From NCBI GenBank assembly GCA_030830895.1, contig JAURMC010000004.1:40152-104151 (forward strand): 64,000 nt of DNA. The letters are read 5' to 3'. Numbering within the stretch: position 1 is the stretch's first letter; each line of letters begins with the position of its first letter. This DNA comes from Crocinitomicaceae bacterium. GTDB lineage: Bacteria > Bacteroidota > Bacteroidia > Flavobacteriales_D > Crocinitomicaceae. A model generated the notes under the pieces. The model was given only the letters and a program-made list of their open reading frames with translations. It was not told the origin of the DNA and did no database searches. The translations under genes were made by a program, and so were the position numbers. Shown here piece after piece: positions 1 through 9,628 of the stretch.

Positions 1-31
1 CACCAATGCGGTACAAATTGCAAAACATTTG

Positions 32-61
32 TTGCGGTAGTTTGTTTTCGTATTAATTTTG
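32..61 (+). promoter_or_regulatory. Putative Bacteroidota sigma-A promoter (-33 TTG / -7 TAnnTTTG) for the riboswitch-led operon
   Basis: TTG at 32-34 and TAATTTTG at 54-61 with a 19-nt spacer, a few nt upstream of the riboswitch P1 stem. Confidence 0.4.
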
Positions 62-63
62 CA

Positions 64-142
64 TCGTTCTCTAAGGGGTGCCGAAAGGCTGAGATTACAC
101 CCATTGTACCGGATCAGGGTAATTCCTGCGACGGGAGGAGGT
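64..142 (+). promoter_or_regulatory. TPP (THI-box) riboswitch
   Basis: Conserved cores read directly: GGGGTGC (75-81), GCTGAGA (88-94), ACCC (98-101), ACCgGATCaGGGTAATtCCTGCG (108-130), GGGA (133-136). P1 is possible between 67-71 and 135-139. A U-tract follows at 142-147. Lies about 50 nt upstream of a TonB-dependent receptor ATG. Confidence 0.85.
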
Positions 143-192
143 TTTTTAATCACGTACAAGTTTGCCCCTTGACTTGTCATAATAGGTTTATT

Positions 193-2664
193 ATGAAAGG
201 AAAGGTTCTTGTTTTTTCTATGTTATGTGCCCTGATGGCTCAGGGACAAACCACAATGGTTGGTAAAGTTACCGATGAAAAATACCAACCCTTATCTGGA
301 GTTCGAATTCTTCGCTCCGATGGCAAGTCAGTGAGTACCGACAACAAAGGCGTGTTCACTTTGGACGAGGTAAATGGAATCGAAATCATCACGGTAGATC
401 AGCCCGGATATGGAGCGATGTCTGTTCAGATTAACCCGCGTAAGGAGCCAAAATCTATGCCTTCTCCCGACAAAGATACCGTTCGCATTTTGCTGCCATT
501 TACTAGTAAAAAACTCGATGAGGTGGCCTGCATTGCGATTCGCCTCCCCACAGAAGCCACCAACCACACGAAACTTGAAAAAGAAGCCTTGCATGCTAAA
601 AACATGGGACAGGACATTCCCTTTTTACTCGATCAAATGCCTTCGGTGGTTACCACCTCGGATGCGGGAAACGGCATCGGTTACAGTGGAATTCGAGTGC
701 GTGGAATTGATGCTTCGCGCCTGAATGTCACCATCAATGGAATTCCTGTAAATGATCCTGAATCGCATGACGTGTATTGGGTGAACATGCCTGATTTGGT
801 TTCCTCCACCCAGTCCATCGATTTTCAACGGGGCGTGAGCGCTTCTACCAACGGTGCCGCTGCCTTTGGAGCTTCGTTGAACATGAAAACCAACGACATT
901 AGTGAACAGGCAACGGGAAAATTAGATGTTAGTTATGGTTCCTTTAACTCTTTTAAAACCTCGGTTCAAGCGAATACTGGCTTGATTAAAGGGAAGTATT
1001 TTGTGGAAACTCGGTTATCTCGCATTGGGTCTGATGGCTACATTGATCGGGCCTCTTCGAACCTTCGTTCGTGGTATCTCAGCGCGGGTTGGGTTGGAAA
1101 ACAAACCGTACTCAAGGGGGTAGCATTTAGTGGGAAAGAAATTACCTATCAGTCGTGGTACGGTACCCCAGAAAGTGTGGTTTTTGGAACAGATGCCGAC
1201 CGAAATGCCTATGCTGATCGCAATGGATTGTCCGATGCGGAACGTCAAAATTTGTTGAATTCGGGAAGAACCTACAATTATTACACCTATCAAAACCAGG
1301 TGGACCATTACCAACAAGACAACTATCAGTTGCACTTAACCCATCGCTTTAAAAATCAAAAATGGGTATTGAACGGTGCAGGTCATTACACCTATGGAAG
1401 TGGGTATTATGAAGAGTACCGAACGGATGATGAGTTATCCACCTATCAAATGGGTCCCGTGATTCTTGGGGGAGATACCATTACCACTTCAGATTTAATT
1501 CGCAGAAGGTGGCTAGACAATCACTTCATTGGTTCCGTTTATGCCCTAACGTATCAGGGTCAAGGAGTTCAACTTACTACGGGCGGGGCAATCAATAACT
1601 ACCGCGGTGCACATTTTGGTGAGGTGATTTGGTCGCGTTTTGCATCCGATAGTGACTTGGGGGATCGCTACTATGATGAGCTAGGAAATAAATTTGAATT
1701 CAGCCATTATGCCAAACTTCAACAGCGCAAACAAAAGTTTCAGTGGATCCTCGACATGCAATATCGGTATGTCAATTATGAGTTTTTGGGCTTGGATTTT
1801 GTTTCAGGCGAATTGAAAGATGTCACACAAAATGTTGACTTTCACTTTTTCAATCCAAAGGCCGCTGTATTTTATCAGTTAAAAGCAAATCATCAATTCT
1901 ATGCTTCTGTGGGTCGGAGCAATCGAGAACCCGTGCGCAGGGATTTCCGAGAATCAACCCCAAGCAGTCGGCCTAAATCCGAAGCTTTAATGGATTATGA
2001 AGTGGGGTATACCTGGCAAATAAGGGGATTGATCTTGAAAGGAACAATGTACTACATGGATTTTAATAATCAATTGGTATTGACGGGTCAGATTAACGAC
2101 GTTGGGGGTTATACCCGAACGAATGTAAAGGACAGCTACCGTCGAGGAATAGAGATAGAAGCGAAATACAAACGCATCAAGAACCTTGAAATCAATGGAA
2201 ACCTCACCTTAAGTCAAAATAGGGCGAATAACTACGTGGATTACCTAGATGTATATTTGGATTCAGTTCCATATTACACCCAACTGGAAACAACTTATAG
2301 CCAGACAACCTTGTCTTTTTCCCCCAGCGCAATTGCCGGACTTGCTTTGAGTTACACCGTTCCCGACTGGAGCCTTATCTTCGATTGGACGACCAAATTC
2401 GTCGGAAAACAATATATGGATAACATTCAGACGAGCGAATTGCCCGCGTTCAATTATTCCAATTTCGGGTTTCGGAAAACATTCAAGATGAAAGAAAATT
2501 CAGAGATACAGCTTTCAGCTACCGTCAACAATGTTTTCAATCAACGGTATTCCAACAACGGCTATGCTTTTTCGTATCAATACGGAGGAGTGAAAATCAC
2601 CGAGCGTTTTTTCTATCCGCAAGCGGGGAGAAATGTTATGCTGCGCTTATGCTTCGGATTTTAA
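193..2664 (+). CDS. TonB-dependent outer-membrane receptor, riboswitch-linked (probable thiamine or thiamine-precursor uptake)
   Basis: ORF 169..2664. Signal peptide starts at Met-9 (MKGKVLVFSMLCALMAQ). CarboxypepD_reg-like N-domain (GKVTDEKYQPLSGVRI), plug motif (GIRVRGIDASRLNVTINGIPVND) and terminal aromatic beta-signal (RLCFGF). Confidence 0.9.
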   Translation: MKGKVLVFSMLCALMAQGQTTMVGKVTDEKYQPLSGVRILRSDGKSVSTDNKGVFTLDEVNGIEIITVDQPGYGAMSVQINPRKEPKSMPSPDKDTVRILLPFTSKKLDEVACIAIRLPTEATNHTKLEKEALHAKNMGQDIPFLLDQMPSVVTTSDAGNGIGYSGIRVRGIDASRLNVTINGIPVNDPESHDVYWVNMPDLVSSTQSIDFQRGVSASTNGAAAFGASLNMKTNDISEQATGKLDVSYGSFNSFKTSVQANTGLIKGKYFVETRLSRIGSDGYIDRASSNLRSWYLSAGWVGKQTVLKGVAFSGKEITYQSWYGTPESVVFGTDADRNAYADRNGLSDAERQNLLNSGRTYNYYTYQNQVDHYQQDNYQLHLTHRFKNQKWVLNGAGHYTYGSGYYEEYRTDDELSTYQMGPVILGGDTITTSDLIRRRWLDNHFIGSVYALTYQGQGVQLTTGGAINNYRGAHFGEVIWSRFASDSDLGDRYYDELGNKFEFSHYAKLQQRKQKFQWILDMQYRYVNYEFLGLDFVSGELKDVTQNVDFHFFNPKAAVFYQLKANHQFYASVGRSNREPVRRDFRESTPSSRPKSEALMDYEVGYTWQIRGLILKGTMYYMDFNNQLVLTGQINDVGGYTRTNVKDSYRRGIEIEAKYKRIKNLEINGNLTLSQNRANNYVDYLDVYLDSVPYYTQLETTYSQTTLSFSPSAIAGLALSYTVPDWSLIFDWTTKFVGKQYMDNIQTSELPAFNYSNFGFRKTFKMKENSEIQLSATVNNVFNQRYSNNGYAFSYQYGGVKITERFFYPQAGRNVMLRLCFGF

Positions 2665-2693
2665 TTCATATTTTGCAAAAAAAACAATCGAAA

Positions 2694-3740
2694 ATGAAAC
2701 ATTTGTTAGCGCTTTGCCTTTGGAGTTTTTTAAGCTTTTCAATTTGGTCACAAGCTTCAGAACTAACAATCACTTCTGCGATGGATGAGTGCGCTACCTA
2801 TCCAACGGGTTACGAAGGATTGATGAAGTTTATACAAAAGGAAGTCAATTATCCCCAAGATTGCCTAGATCAAGGGATTTCTGGTAAAGTCCAAGTTCGA
2901 TTCGTGGTGAATCGTTACGGCGATGTTGTTAATGCAACCGTCACCAAATCAGCTCATCCGTCCTTGGATAAAGAGGCCTTGAGAGTGGCTAATTTGTTAC
3001 ATTGGAATTGGTACCCTGAGTGCAAAGATTCAGCGATTTATATGTCCCTGCCCATTAATTTTGAAGTGGCTGATGAGACCGAACCCGATGACGACGATAA
3101 ACCTTCGGCTCATTTTGCAGGCTTTGATGTCGGTTTTGGAAGCTTGCTCATGGATAAGCCTTCGGATTATGCGTATTGGAATGTATCGGACTTGAATGTA
3201 TGGAATTTTGGAATCAACTTGATTGAGTATAAAATTCCGCTGATAAAACAATATCTCGGACTCACCACGGGTACTGGACTCAATCTAACTACCATTCAAT
3301 TGGGGCAAAACGACCTGGTTCATACAGCTTCGGTTCCTGGAGGTAAAACAGATACCTTATTCGCCATTGAAGGGCTGAATAATCTGCCTTATCGCTCGAA
3401 TAACTTTACCTGTGGAGCATTAACAATTCCCTTCTTGTTGGAGGTTTGTTCCAAAGCAGCCACGAAGAATTCCTTCTATTTGAATACGGGAATTGTAGGT
3501 TATTGGTCGTTTTCAGGATCTTGGTCCACCCGAGGAAAATACGCAAACGGTGACCGCTTCCAAAATACCGTGAATTCAAGATTTCAGCTGGCCCCTTTTG
3601 GTGCCTATGCCACCGTTCGCACCGGATTTGATCATTACGGGTTATTTATAAACTACAACCTCACTCCCTTATTCAAAAAGACTGCCACCGCAATGGTCTA
3701 TCCCCTAACTTTTGGTATTACCCTCAATTTTGATTATTGA
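2694..3740 (+). CDS. Secreted TonB C-terminal-domain protein fused to a predicted outer-membrane beta-barrel module
   Basis: Signal peptide MKHLLALCLWSFLSFSIWSQA. TonB_C-like block YPQDCLDQGISGKVQVRFVVNRYGDVVNATV...LDKEALRV. Acidic linker ETEPDDDDKPS. About 220-aa alternating-hydrophobic domain ending ...GITLNFDY. Starts 30 nt after the receptor stop. Confidence 0.7.
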   Translation: MKHLLALCLWSFLSFSIWSQASELTITSAMDECATYPTGYEGLMKFIQKEVNYPQDCLDQGISGKVQVRFVVNRYGDVVNATVTKSAHPSLDKEALRVANLLHWNWYPECKDSAIYMSLPINFEVADETEPDDDDKPSAHFAGFDVGFGSLLMDKPSDYAYWNVSDLNVWNFGINLIEYKIPLIKQYLGLTTGTGLNLTTIQLGQNDLVHTASVPGGKTDTLFAIEGLNNLPYRSNNFTCGALTIPFLLEVCSKAATKNSFYLNTGIVGYWSFSGSWSTRGKYANGDRFQNTVNSRFQLAPFGAYATVRTGFDHYGLFINYNLTPLFKKTATAMVYPLTFGITLNFDY

Positions 3741-3928
3741 TGTTGAAGATTAAACCTTGGACTTGGTTGATATTAGCTATTGTTACAATACTTGTACGTT
3801 TTGTTTACGGACGAAAGTACGAGATTCGCAACGGTGAATTTAAGATTACGAACGGTGGGCTAATATTGGTGACTATTGCAATGGTATTCTTTTTTACTTT
3901 TTGTGTTCACCCATACGATAAAGTCTAA
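3740..3928 (+). CDS. Small two-TM membrane protein (62 aa), translationally coupled to the upstream gene
   Basis: ATG overlaps the upstream TGA (TGATG). Two hydrophobic helices (WTWLILAIVTILVRFVYG and GGLILVTIAMVFFFTFCV). No recognisable family. Confidence 0.45.
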   Translation: MLKIKPWTWLILAIVTILVRFVYGRKYEIRNGEFKITNGGLILVTIAMVFFFTFCVHPYDKV

Positions 3929-4524
3929 AGACTAAGCAGTTTTTGAATTGACCTTTCTATTTGTGAGACTAAAGGAAATTCCCCATTGTTGGTAATCACT
4001 GCCGTAGCCAATGGGATTTTCTGGACATCGGACCACTGTGATTTCATGCGTTCTTCAACATCTTTTTGGCGGCAACGGTCTCGTTGCATGACTCGCTCAA
4101 TGCGCAATGCCAACGGCGCCACCACCAAAAGCGTTCCGTCGAATTGCTGGTAAGCCCCCGTTTCAAACAGAATCGCCGCTTCGTTAAAAACGATCGGACT
4201 TCGTTGCTCTGAGCACCAATACTCAAAATTTTTCCGAACCAGAGGGTGAATCAGTTCATTCACAAACAAGCGATGCTCCTCCGATGAAAAGATCAATTCT
4301 GCCAGTACTTTTCGATTCAAGCCTTGCCCTGTGTAGATTTTATGTCCAAATCGCTCTATAAGTTTCTCACGGATAAAAGGGTGGGTATCCATAATCTGTT
4401 TGGATTCTTTGTCGGAATAATATACTGGATATCCCATTTTTTCGAGTATCCCGGCGATATAACTTTTTCCGGAACCAATTCCCCCGGTGAGTCCAATGCG
4501 TTTCACGCTTCTAAGATACACCAA
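3925..4524 (-). CDS. coaE: Dephospho-CoA kinase
   Basis: P-loop IGLTGGIGSGKS near the N-terminus and typical CoaE length. The longest ORF starts with TTG at 4524. A GTG at 4506 would give the canonical MKRIGLTGG N-terminus. Confidence 0.9.
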   Translation of the reverse strand: MVYLRSVKRIGLTGGIGSGKSYIAGILEKMGYPVYYSDKESKQIMDTHPFIREKLIERFGHKIYTGQGLNRKVLAELIFSSEEHRLFVNELIHPLVRKNFEYWCSEQRSPIVFNEAAILFETGAYQQFDGTLLVVAPLALRIERVMQRDRCRQKDVEERMKSQWSDVQKIPLATAVITNNGEFPLVSQIERSIQKLLSL

Positions 4525-4564
4525 AGTTGCGTTGCTTCCGCGGGCTTTTCCCTATCTTTGCTCA

Positions 4565-5296
4565 ATGACAGATACGCCATGGTTCGCTTCTTGGTTTGAT
4601 ACTTCCTATTATCACAAGCTCTATAATCACCGAAGCGAGGAAGAAGCGCAAGCATTTATAGAGCGTTTAGTCGATTTTTTGACCCTTAAACCAAGGGTTA
4701 AAGTCTTGGATTTGGCCTGTGGGAAAGGTAGACATGCCAGAACGCTTCATGCCTTAGGATTAAATGTACTCGGCACGGATTTGTCTCCACAAAGCATCGC
4801 CTTTGCCAATAAATCTGCCGTTGACGGATTACAATTTCAAGTTCATGACATGCGTGAAGCCATTCCGAATCAGTCGTTTGATGCTGTATTTAACTTATTC
4901 ACGAGTTTTGGATACTTTAATTCTACAACGGAAAATCAACGTGTAATCGATGCGGTTGCATCCATGCTTAAACCTAATGGTTTCTTAGTTATTGATTTTC
5001 TAAATGCCTATCGCGTTATCGAAACGTTAGTTCCTAAAGAAGTAATTGACAGGGAGGAAATATGCTTTAATATTTCGCGTGAAATTCGTGAAGGCAAAGT
5101 CTATAAACACATAAGGTTTTCTGATGCTGGGCAAGCACATCACTTCATTGAACAGGTACAATTGTTAACTCTGGGTGATTTTGAGCATTTACTCAGTCAG
5201 GATTTTGAGATTCTCTATACCTTTGGGAGCTACGAGTTAGATGAGTTTAACCCATCGAGCTCACGTCGATTATTAATTATTGCTAAAAGGAAATGA
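4565..5296 (+). CDS. Class I SAM-dependent methyltransferase
   Basis: Motif I VLDLACGKGRH and post-I LGTDLS. Start moved to the Met at 4565 (MTDTPWFASWFD) to avoid overlap with coaE. Confidence 0.8.
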   Translation: MTDTPWFASWFDTSYYHKLYNHRSEEEAQAFIERLVDFLTLKPRVKVLDLACGKGRHARTLHALGLNVLGTDLSPQSIAFANKSAVDGLQFQVHDMREAIPNQSFDAVFNLFTSFGYFNSTTENQRVIDAVASMLKPNGFLVIDFLNAYRVIETLVPKEVIDREEICFNISREIREGKVYKHIRFSDAGQAHHFIEQVQLLTLGDFEHLLSQDFEILYTFGSYELDEFNPSSSRRLLIIAKRK

Positions 5297-6021
5297 GTCC
5301 AATAATCATGATTTTTATTTTAATCGCTGTAGTGATTGCCGGTGGTGGATTCGTGCATTTTTTGCAGGCGAATAATAAATCGCAAGTAATAAAATTGGCG
5401 TTAGCTTTTAGTGGTGGATTTTTATTGGCTATTATTTTTGAGCACCTATTGCCCGAGTTATATGCGGGTAGAACTTCAAATATCGGGGTATATATTCTTA
5501 TAGGATTTCTGATACAACTCATCATGGAATATTTTTCTGGAGGAATTGAACATGGGCATATACATGTTCACAAGGGACAAGCCATGCCCTGGACATTGTT
5601 TATTTCCCTTTCCATTCACTCTATTATTGAAGGTATACCGTTGGGTAATGATGTCGATCTTATACATCATCTTCATGATCATGACCACAAACTCTCGTTG
5701 TTTTGGGGAATTCTTTTTCATCAACTTCCAGTGGCCATCGCCCTTATGACGTTATTGCTAACCACTTCGCTGCGAAAAGGAGTAGCTTGGTTGGTTTTGT
5801 TACTTTTTAGTATTATGACTCCTGTGGGTTTACTGATTGGTTTAAAAGTTCCGATGGAACAAACTGGAATCAGCGTACCGGTTGTCTTGGGAATAGTGAT
5901 TGGTATGTTTCTGCACATTTCTACTACCATTATATTTGAAACTGCCGAGAATCATAAATTCAACCTTTTAAAATTGTCTAGTGTTATTGCAGGAATTGCA
6001 GGAGCGCTATTGATGTATTAA
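5293..6021 (+). CDS. ZIP family metal (Zn/Fe) transporter
   Basis: Multi-TM protein with a His-rich loop (HGHIHVH, HHLHDHDH) and ZIP signatures HSIIEGIPLG / HQLPVAIAL. ATGA overlap with the upstream gene. Confidence 0.85.
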   Translation: MSPIIMIFILIAVVIAGGGFVHFLQANNKSQVIKLALAFSGGFLLAIIFEHLLPELYAGRTSNIGVYILIGFLIQLIMEYFSGGIEHGHIHVHKGQAMPWTLFISLSIHSIIEGIPLGNDVDLIHHLHDHDHKLSLFWGILFHQLPVAIALMTLLLTTSLRKGVAWLVLLLFSIMTPVGLLIGLKVPMEQTGISVPVVLGIVIGMFLHISTTIIFETAENHKFNLLKLSSVIAGIAGALLMY

Positions 6022-6734
6022 ATCAAATTAAACAGATCGGTTATGCCGAGCGTTCGATTCACAGTAAATCCTTCGGCATATTTAGCCCCGATTGGACGCC
6101 CAAATTGCAGCATTCTACCTTTTATAAATTCGAAAAAGTGTTCATTCGATATAGGAGTTTCCGGTTCCTCGGAATTGGGGTCGAAAAATTGTGAGGAAAA
6201 GCACTGCACCAACTTGATTTTTTCTTCTGCATAAGCACTTACGTCCAATACAACATCGGGTTCAATGTATTTGTCTTGAATGTAGTGTAGTAGTAAAGGT
6301 GAACGATATGCCTCTTGAGAAATCCCTTTCCGTTCTGTTATAATTTTAGGTAAACCTGATAAAAATGCAGCACGAGCTACCAACGCAGCCGCCCGACTAT
6401 GATCCGGATGTCTATCGTTAATTGAATTTGCGAGGATGAGTTTTGGCCGAAAGTGTCGAATTTCCCGAATGATTTGAATTAAACTAACTTCGTTTTCTTC
6501 AAAAAATCCATCGGCCATAAATAGATTAACACGATCTATAAGGCCTAAAATCTGTGATGCCGCTTTACCTTCTTCCAAGCGTAAAGCTCCGCTGCCACGT
6601 GTACCCAACTCTCCTTGAGTAAGGTCAACGATTGCAATCTGCTTACCCTCATCAGCATAGCGTAATAAGGTTCCTCCGCAGGAAATTTCTACGTCATCTG
6701 GATGTGCACCAAAGGCAAGAATATCAATGTTCAT
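6018..6734 (-). CDS. bshB1: PIG-L/LmbE family N-acetylglucosaminyl deacetylase, probably bacillithiol biosynthesis BshB1
   Basis: N-terminal ILAFGAHPDDVEISCGGT and downstream HPDH motifs. Length of 238 aa is typical of BshB1. Confidence 0.7.
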   Translation of the reverse strand: MNIDILAFGAHPDDVEISCGGTLLRYADEGKQIAIVDLTQGELGTRGSGALRLEEGKAASQILGLIDRVNLFMADGFFEENEVSLIQIIREIRHFRPKLILANSINDRHPDHSRAAALVARAAFLSGLPKIITERKGISQEAYRSPLLLHYIQDKYIEPDVVLDVSAYAEEKIKLVQCFSSQFFDPNSEEPETPISNEHFFEFIKGRMLQFGRPIGAKYAEGFTVNRTLGITDLFNLI

Positions 6735-9571
6735 TACGTGGTTATATAGGATTCAATGCTTGGGCAAGCACACACTAAATTCCGATCGCCAAATGCATTA
6801 TCTACCCGACGTACAGGAACCCAATACTTATTTTTCATTAAATACGGTAGTGGATAAGCTGCTTCCGATGGTGTATATGGATATTCCCATTTTCGATTAA
6901 TGATACAATCTGCCGTGTGCGGAGCATTTTTAAGAAGGTTATTGTCTTTAGGGTATTTTCCAGCATCGATATCTGCAATTTCTTGCCTTATTTTAATCAT
7001 GGCATCAATAAAGCGGTCAAGTTCTGCTTTATCCTCAGATTCTGTAGGCTCAATCATTAAAGTTCCAGCGACTGGGAAAGAAACGGTAGGGGCATGAAAC
7101 CCAAAGTCAATCAATCGTTTGGCTATATCAGCTACTTCTATGTCAGCGTTTCTTTTGAATTCACGACAATCCAGAATTAATTCATGGGCAACAGTGCCGT
7201 GATTTCCGGTATATAGAATCGGATAATGATTTTTTAACCGAGCTGCAATATAGTTCGCATTAACAATGGCAATTTCAGTTGATTCACGAAGTCCTTTGTA
7301 CCCTAGCATTTTGATATATCCGTATGAAATCAATAAGATTAATGCACTTCCATATGGTGCAGAGGAGATGGCATTAATAGCTAATTGCCCACCTGTTACA
7401 TGCAAAGGATTGCCCGGCAAGAATGGTGCTAAGTGGGCTGCCACTCCTATCGGGCCCATTCCTGGACCACCGCCGCCGTGTGGAATTGCAAAAGTTTTAT
7501 GGAGGTTTAAATGGCACACATCCGCACCAATATTCCCTGGATTCGTTAAGCCGACTTGAGCATTCATGTTAGCCCCATCCATGTATACTTGACCACCTTG
7601 TGCATGAATTATTGATGTAATTTCTCGAATTCCTTCCTCATACACACCATGCGTTGATGGGTAGGTAACCATGATACCAGCTAATTCATCGCCGATTTGT
7701 CCTGCAACCGTTCTTAATTCAGTAATGTCAATGTTGCCTTGATCATCACAACCGGTAACCACCACCTCGAATCCAGCCATTACGGCTGATGCAGGATTAG
7801 TACCATGGGCACTTGATGGTATAATCATTTTTTTACGATGCAAATCACCATTCGATTCGTGAAATGCTTTAATTACCATTAACCCGGCATATTCTCCTTG
7901 GGCTCCTGAATTGGGTTGTAAGGATATAGCGGCAAAACCGGTACATTCACAGAGGTCCTTGGCAAGCTCTTCCATAAACATGTGGTATCCAGCCGCTTGT
8001 TCTTTTGGAACAAATGGGTGAATGTTTGCGAAATTCGGATTAGTAATTGGAATAAGCTCACTTGCTGCATTCAATTTCATGGTACAAGATCCTAATGGAA
8101 TCATACTATGCACAAGGGATAAATCTTTATTTTCAAGAGATTTTAAATAACGCATCATTTTCGACTCCGAGTGGTGCTCACTGAACACAGGATGGCTTAA
8201 TATTTCAACAGATCGTTGCAATGAAGATGGTATACCTACGGTTATTGATGTTGCATTTCCTTTAGTTTCAAACAGCGATAAAATAGCCTTTATATCTTCG
8301 GTAGTATGCGGTTCTCCAAAAGTAATTTGAATGGAATTTGAGTCAGGAGCATATAAATTCATACCCTGTTCAACTGCAGCTTTTAGGATAGCTGTACTGT
8401 TTACATTGGTAACTCGGACCGTATCAAATATTTCTTTTGTATGAAGGGTATAGCCCTTAGCTAACAACCCTTGAGCGGTAGTACAGGCTAATTCATGAAT
8501 ATGGGTTGCGATTCGCTTAATACCCTGAGGTCCGTGATATACGGCATACATTCCCGCCATAACTGCCAATAAGGCTTGAGCTGTACAGATATTGGAAGTG
8601 GCTTTATCTCTTTTGATGTGTTGTTCACGGGTTTGCAAGGCCATGCGTAACGCAGCGTTGTCATCGACGTCTTTTGAAACACCGATAATTCTGCCCGGCA
8701 TGGTTCTTTTATACGTTTCTTTGGAGGCGAAAAAAGCCGCATGTGGACCACCGTAACCCATTGGAACACCAAAACGTTGCGAATTTCCTAATACCACGTC
8801 GGCCCCCATTGAACCAGGAGATTTTAATAAAGCTAGGGCCATTAAATCACTGCATACTGCTACTTGAATGGAATGATTGTTTAAAGTAGAAATCGTATGT
8901 TCTATGTTTGATACATGTCCGGTAGCGTCAGGATATTGTAACAAGGCACCAAAACACCCATCCAAGGAAATAGTGTCTAGCGAACGGAATGGGCGAATTT
9001 CAATGTGCAAATTTCGAGCTCTACCTACTATCACAGCTAAAGTTTGAGGATAAATCGATTCATGGACTAAAAATGTATTCTTAGCGAGTTTAACATCTTC
9101 CCTCGATCTTGAATTGAAAAACATGATCATTGCTTCCGCGGCTGCGGTACCTTCATCCAGTAAGGAGGCATTTGCGATCTCCATACCGGTTAAATCTAAT
9201 ACCATGGTTTGGAAATTTAATAATGCTTCTAATCGACCTTGCGCTATCTCAGCTTGGTATGGGGTATAAGCAGTATACCATCCCGGATTTTCTAAGATGT
9301 TTCTAAGTATTACCGAAGGCACTATTGTTTCATGATAGCCGAGTCCAATAAATGATTTTAGCACTCGATTATGCTCACCAATTGCACTGATTTTTTGTAG
9401 GTACTCGGCTTCTGTAATTCCTGCGTCTACCTGCAGTTCTCTATTCAATCGAATTGTTGATGGAATTGTTTTGCCAATTAGTTCTTCAATAGAGGAAACT
9501 CCAATACTGGAGAGCATTTCGGAGGTTTCCTTTCTAACCGGACCTATATGTCGGGCAATGAAATCAGTCAT
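6734..9571 (-). CDS. gcvP: Glycine dehydrogenase (decarboxylating), single-chain P-protein of the glycine cleavage system
   Basis: 945 aa. N-terminus FIARHIGP, conserved YTPYQAEISQGRLE-like block (YTPYQAEIAQGRLEALLNFQT) and PLP-lysine context NLHKTFAIPHGGGGPG. Confidence 0.97.
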   Translation of the reverse strand: MTDFIARHIGPVRKETSEMLSSIGVSSIEELIGKTIPSTIRLNRELQVDAGITEAEYLQKISAIGEHNRVLKSFIGLGYHETIVPSVILRNILENPGWYTAYTPYQAEIAQGRLEALLNFQTMVLDLTGMEIANASLLDEGTAAAEAMIMFFNSRSREDVKLAKNTFLVHESIYPQTLAVIVGRARNLHIEIRPFRSLDTISLDGCFGALLQYPDATGHVSNIEHTISTLNNHSIQVAVCSDLMALALLKSPGSMGADVVLGNSQRFGVPMGYGGPHAAFFASKETYKRTMPGRIIGVSKDVDDNAALRMALQTREQHIKRDKATSNICTAQALLAVMAGMYAVYHGPQGIKRIATHIHELACTTAQGLLAKGYTLHTKEIFDTVRVTNVNSTAILKAAVEQGMNLYAPDSNSIQITFGEPHTTEDIKAILSLFETKGNATSITVGIPSSLQRSVEILSHPVFSEHHSESKMMRYLKSLENKDLSLVHSMIPLGSCTMKLNAASELIPITNPNFANIHPFVPKEQAAGYHMFMEELAKDLCECTGFAAISLQPNSGAQGEYAGLMVIKAFHESNGDLHRKKMIIPSSAHGTNPASAVMAGFEVVVTGCDDQGNIDITELRTVAGQIGDELAGIMVTYPSTHGVYEEGIREITSIIHAQGGQVYMDGANMNAQVGLTNPGNIGADVCHLNLHKTFAIPHGGGGPGMGPIGVAAHLAPFLPGNPLHVTGGQLAINAISSAPYGSALILLISYGYIKMLGYKGLRESTEIAIVNANYIAARLKNHYPILYTGNHGTVAHELILDCREFKRNADIEVADIAKRLIDFGFHAPTVSFPVAGTLMIEPTESEDKAELDRFIDAMIKIRQEIADIDAGKYPKDNNLLKNAPHTADCIINRKWEYPYTPSEAAYPLPYLMKNKYWVPVRRVDNAFGDRNLVCACPSIESYITT

Positions 9572-9588
9572 ATTAGAATTTTAAATTG

Positions 9589-9596
9589 CAAATATA
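9589..9596 (-). promoter_or_regulatory. Putative -7 promoter box (TATATTTG) for gcvP
   Basis: Reverse complement of caaatata at 9589-9596, 17 nt upstream of the gcvP ATG. Confidence 0.35.
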
Positions 9597-9628
9597 CAAC
9601 GTAAAGCAACAAAGCATTTTAAAAAATG

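Noticed and set aside
142-168. U-tract after the riboswitch, considered as an intrinsic terminator expression platform.
   Set aside because: I could only draw a 4-bp stem (124-127 / 136-139) ahead of the T-run. That is insufficient to call a terminator, and regulation may be translational or via another structure.
328-1335. Several 60-106-aa ORFs antisense to or out of frame within the TonB-dependent receptor gene. The same kind of shadow ORF occurs throughout the track (for example 7266..7559, 20393..20743, 23108..23485, 42468..42764, 54645..54878).
   Set aside because: They lie entirely inside long ORFs with clear family motifs. They have odd composition (Cys/Arg/His-rich or low complexity) and no recognisable motifs, so they are typical frame shadows.
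9572-9628. Possible glycine riboswitch upstream of gcvP.
   Set aside because: The leader is only about 57 nt and lacks the tandem aptamer cores, so it has room for a promoter only.
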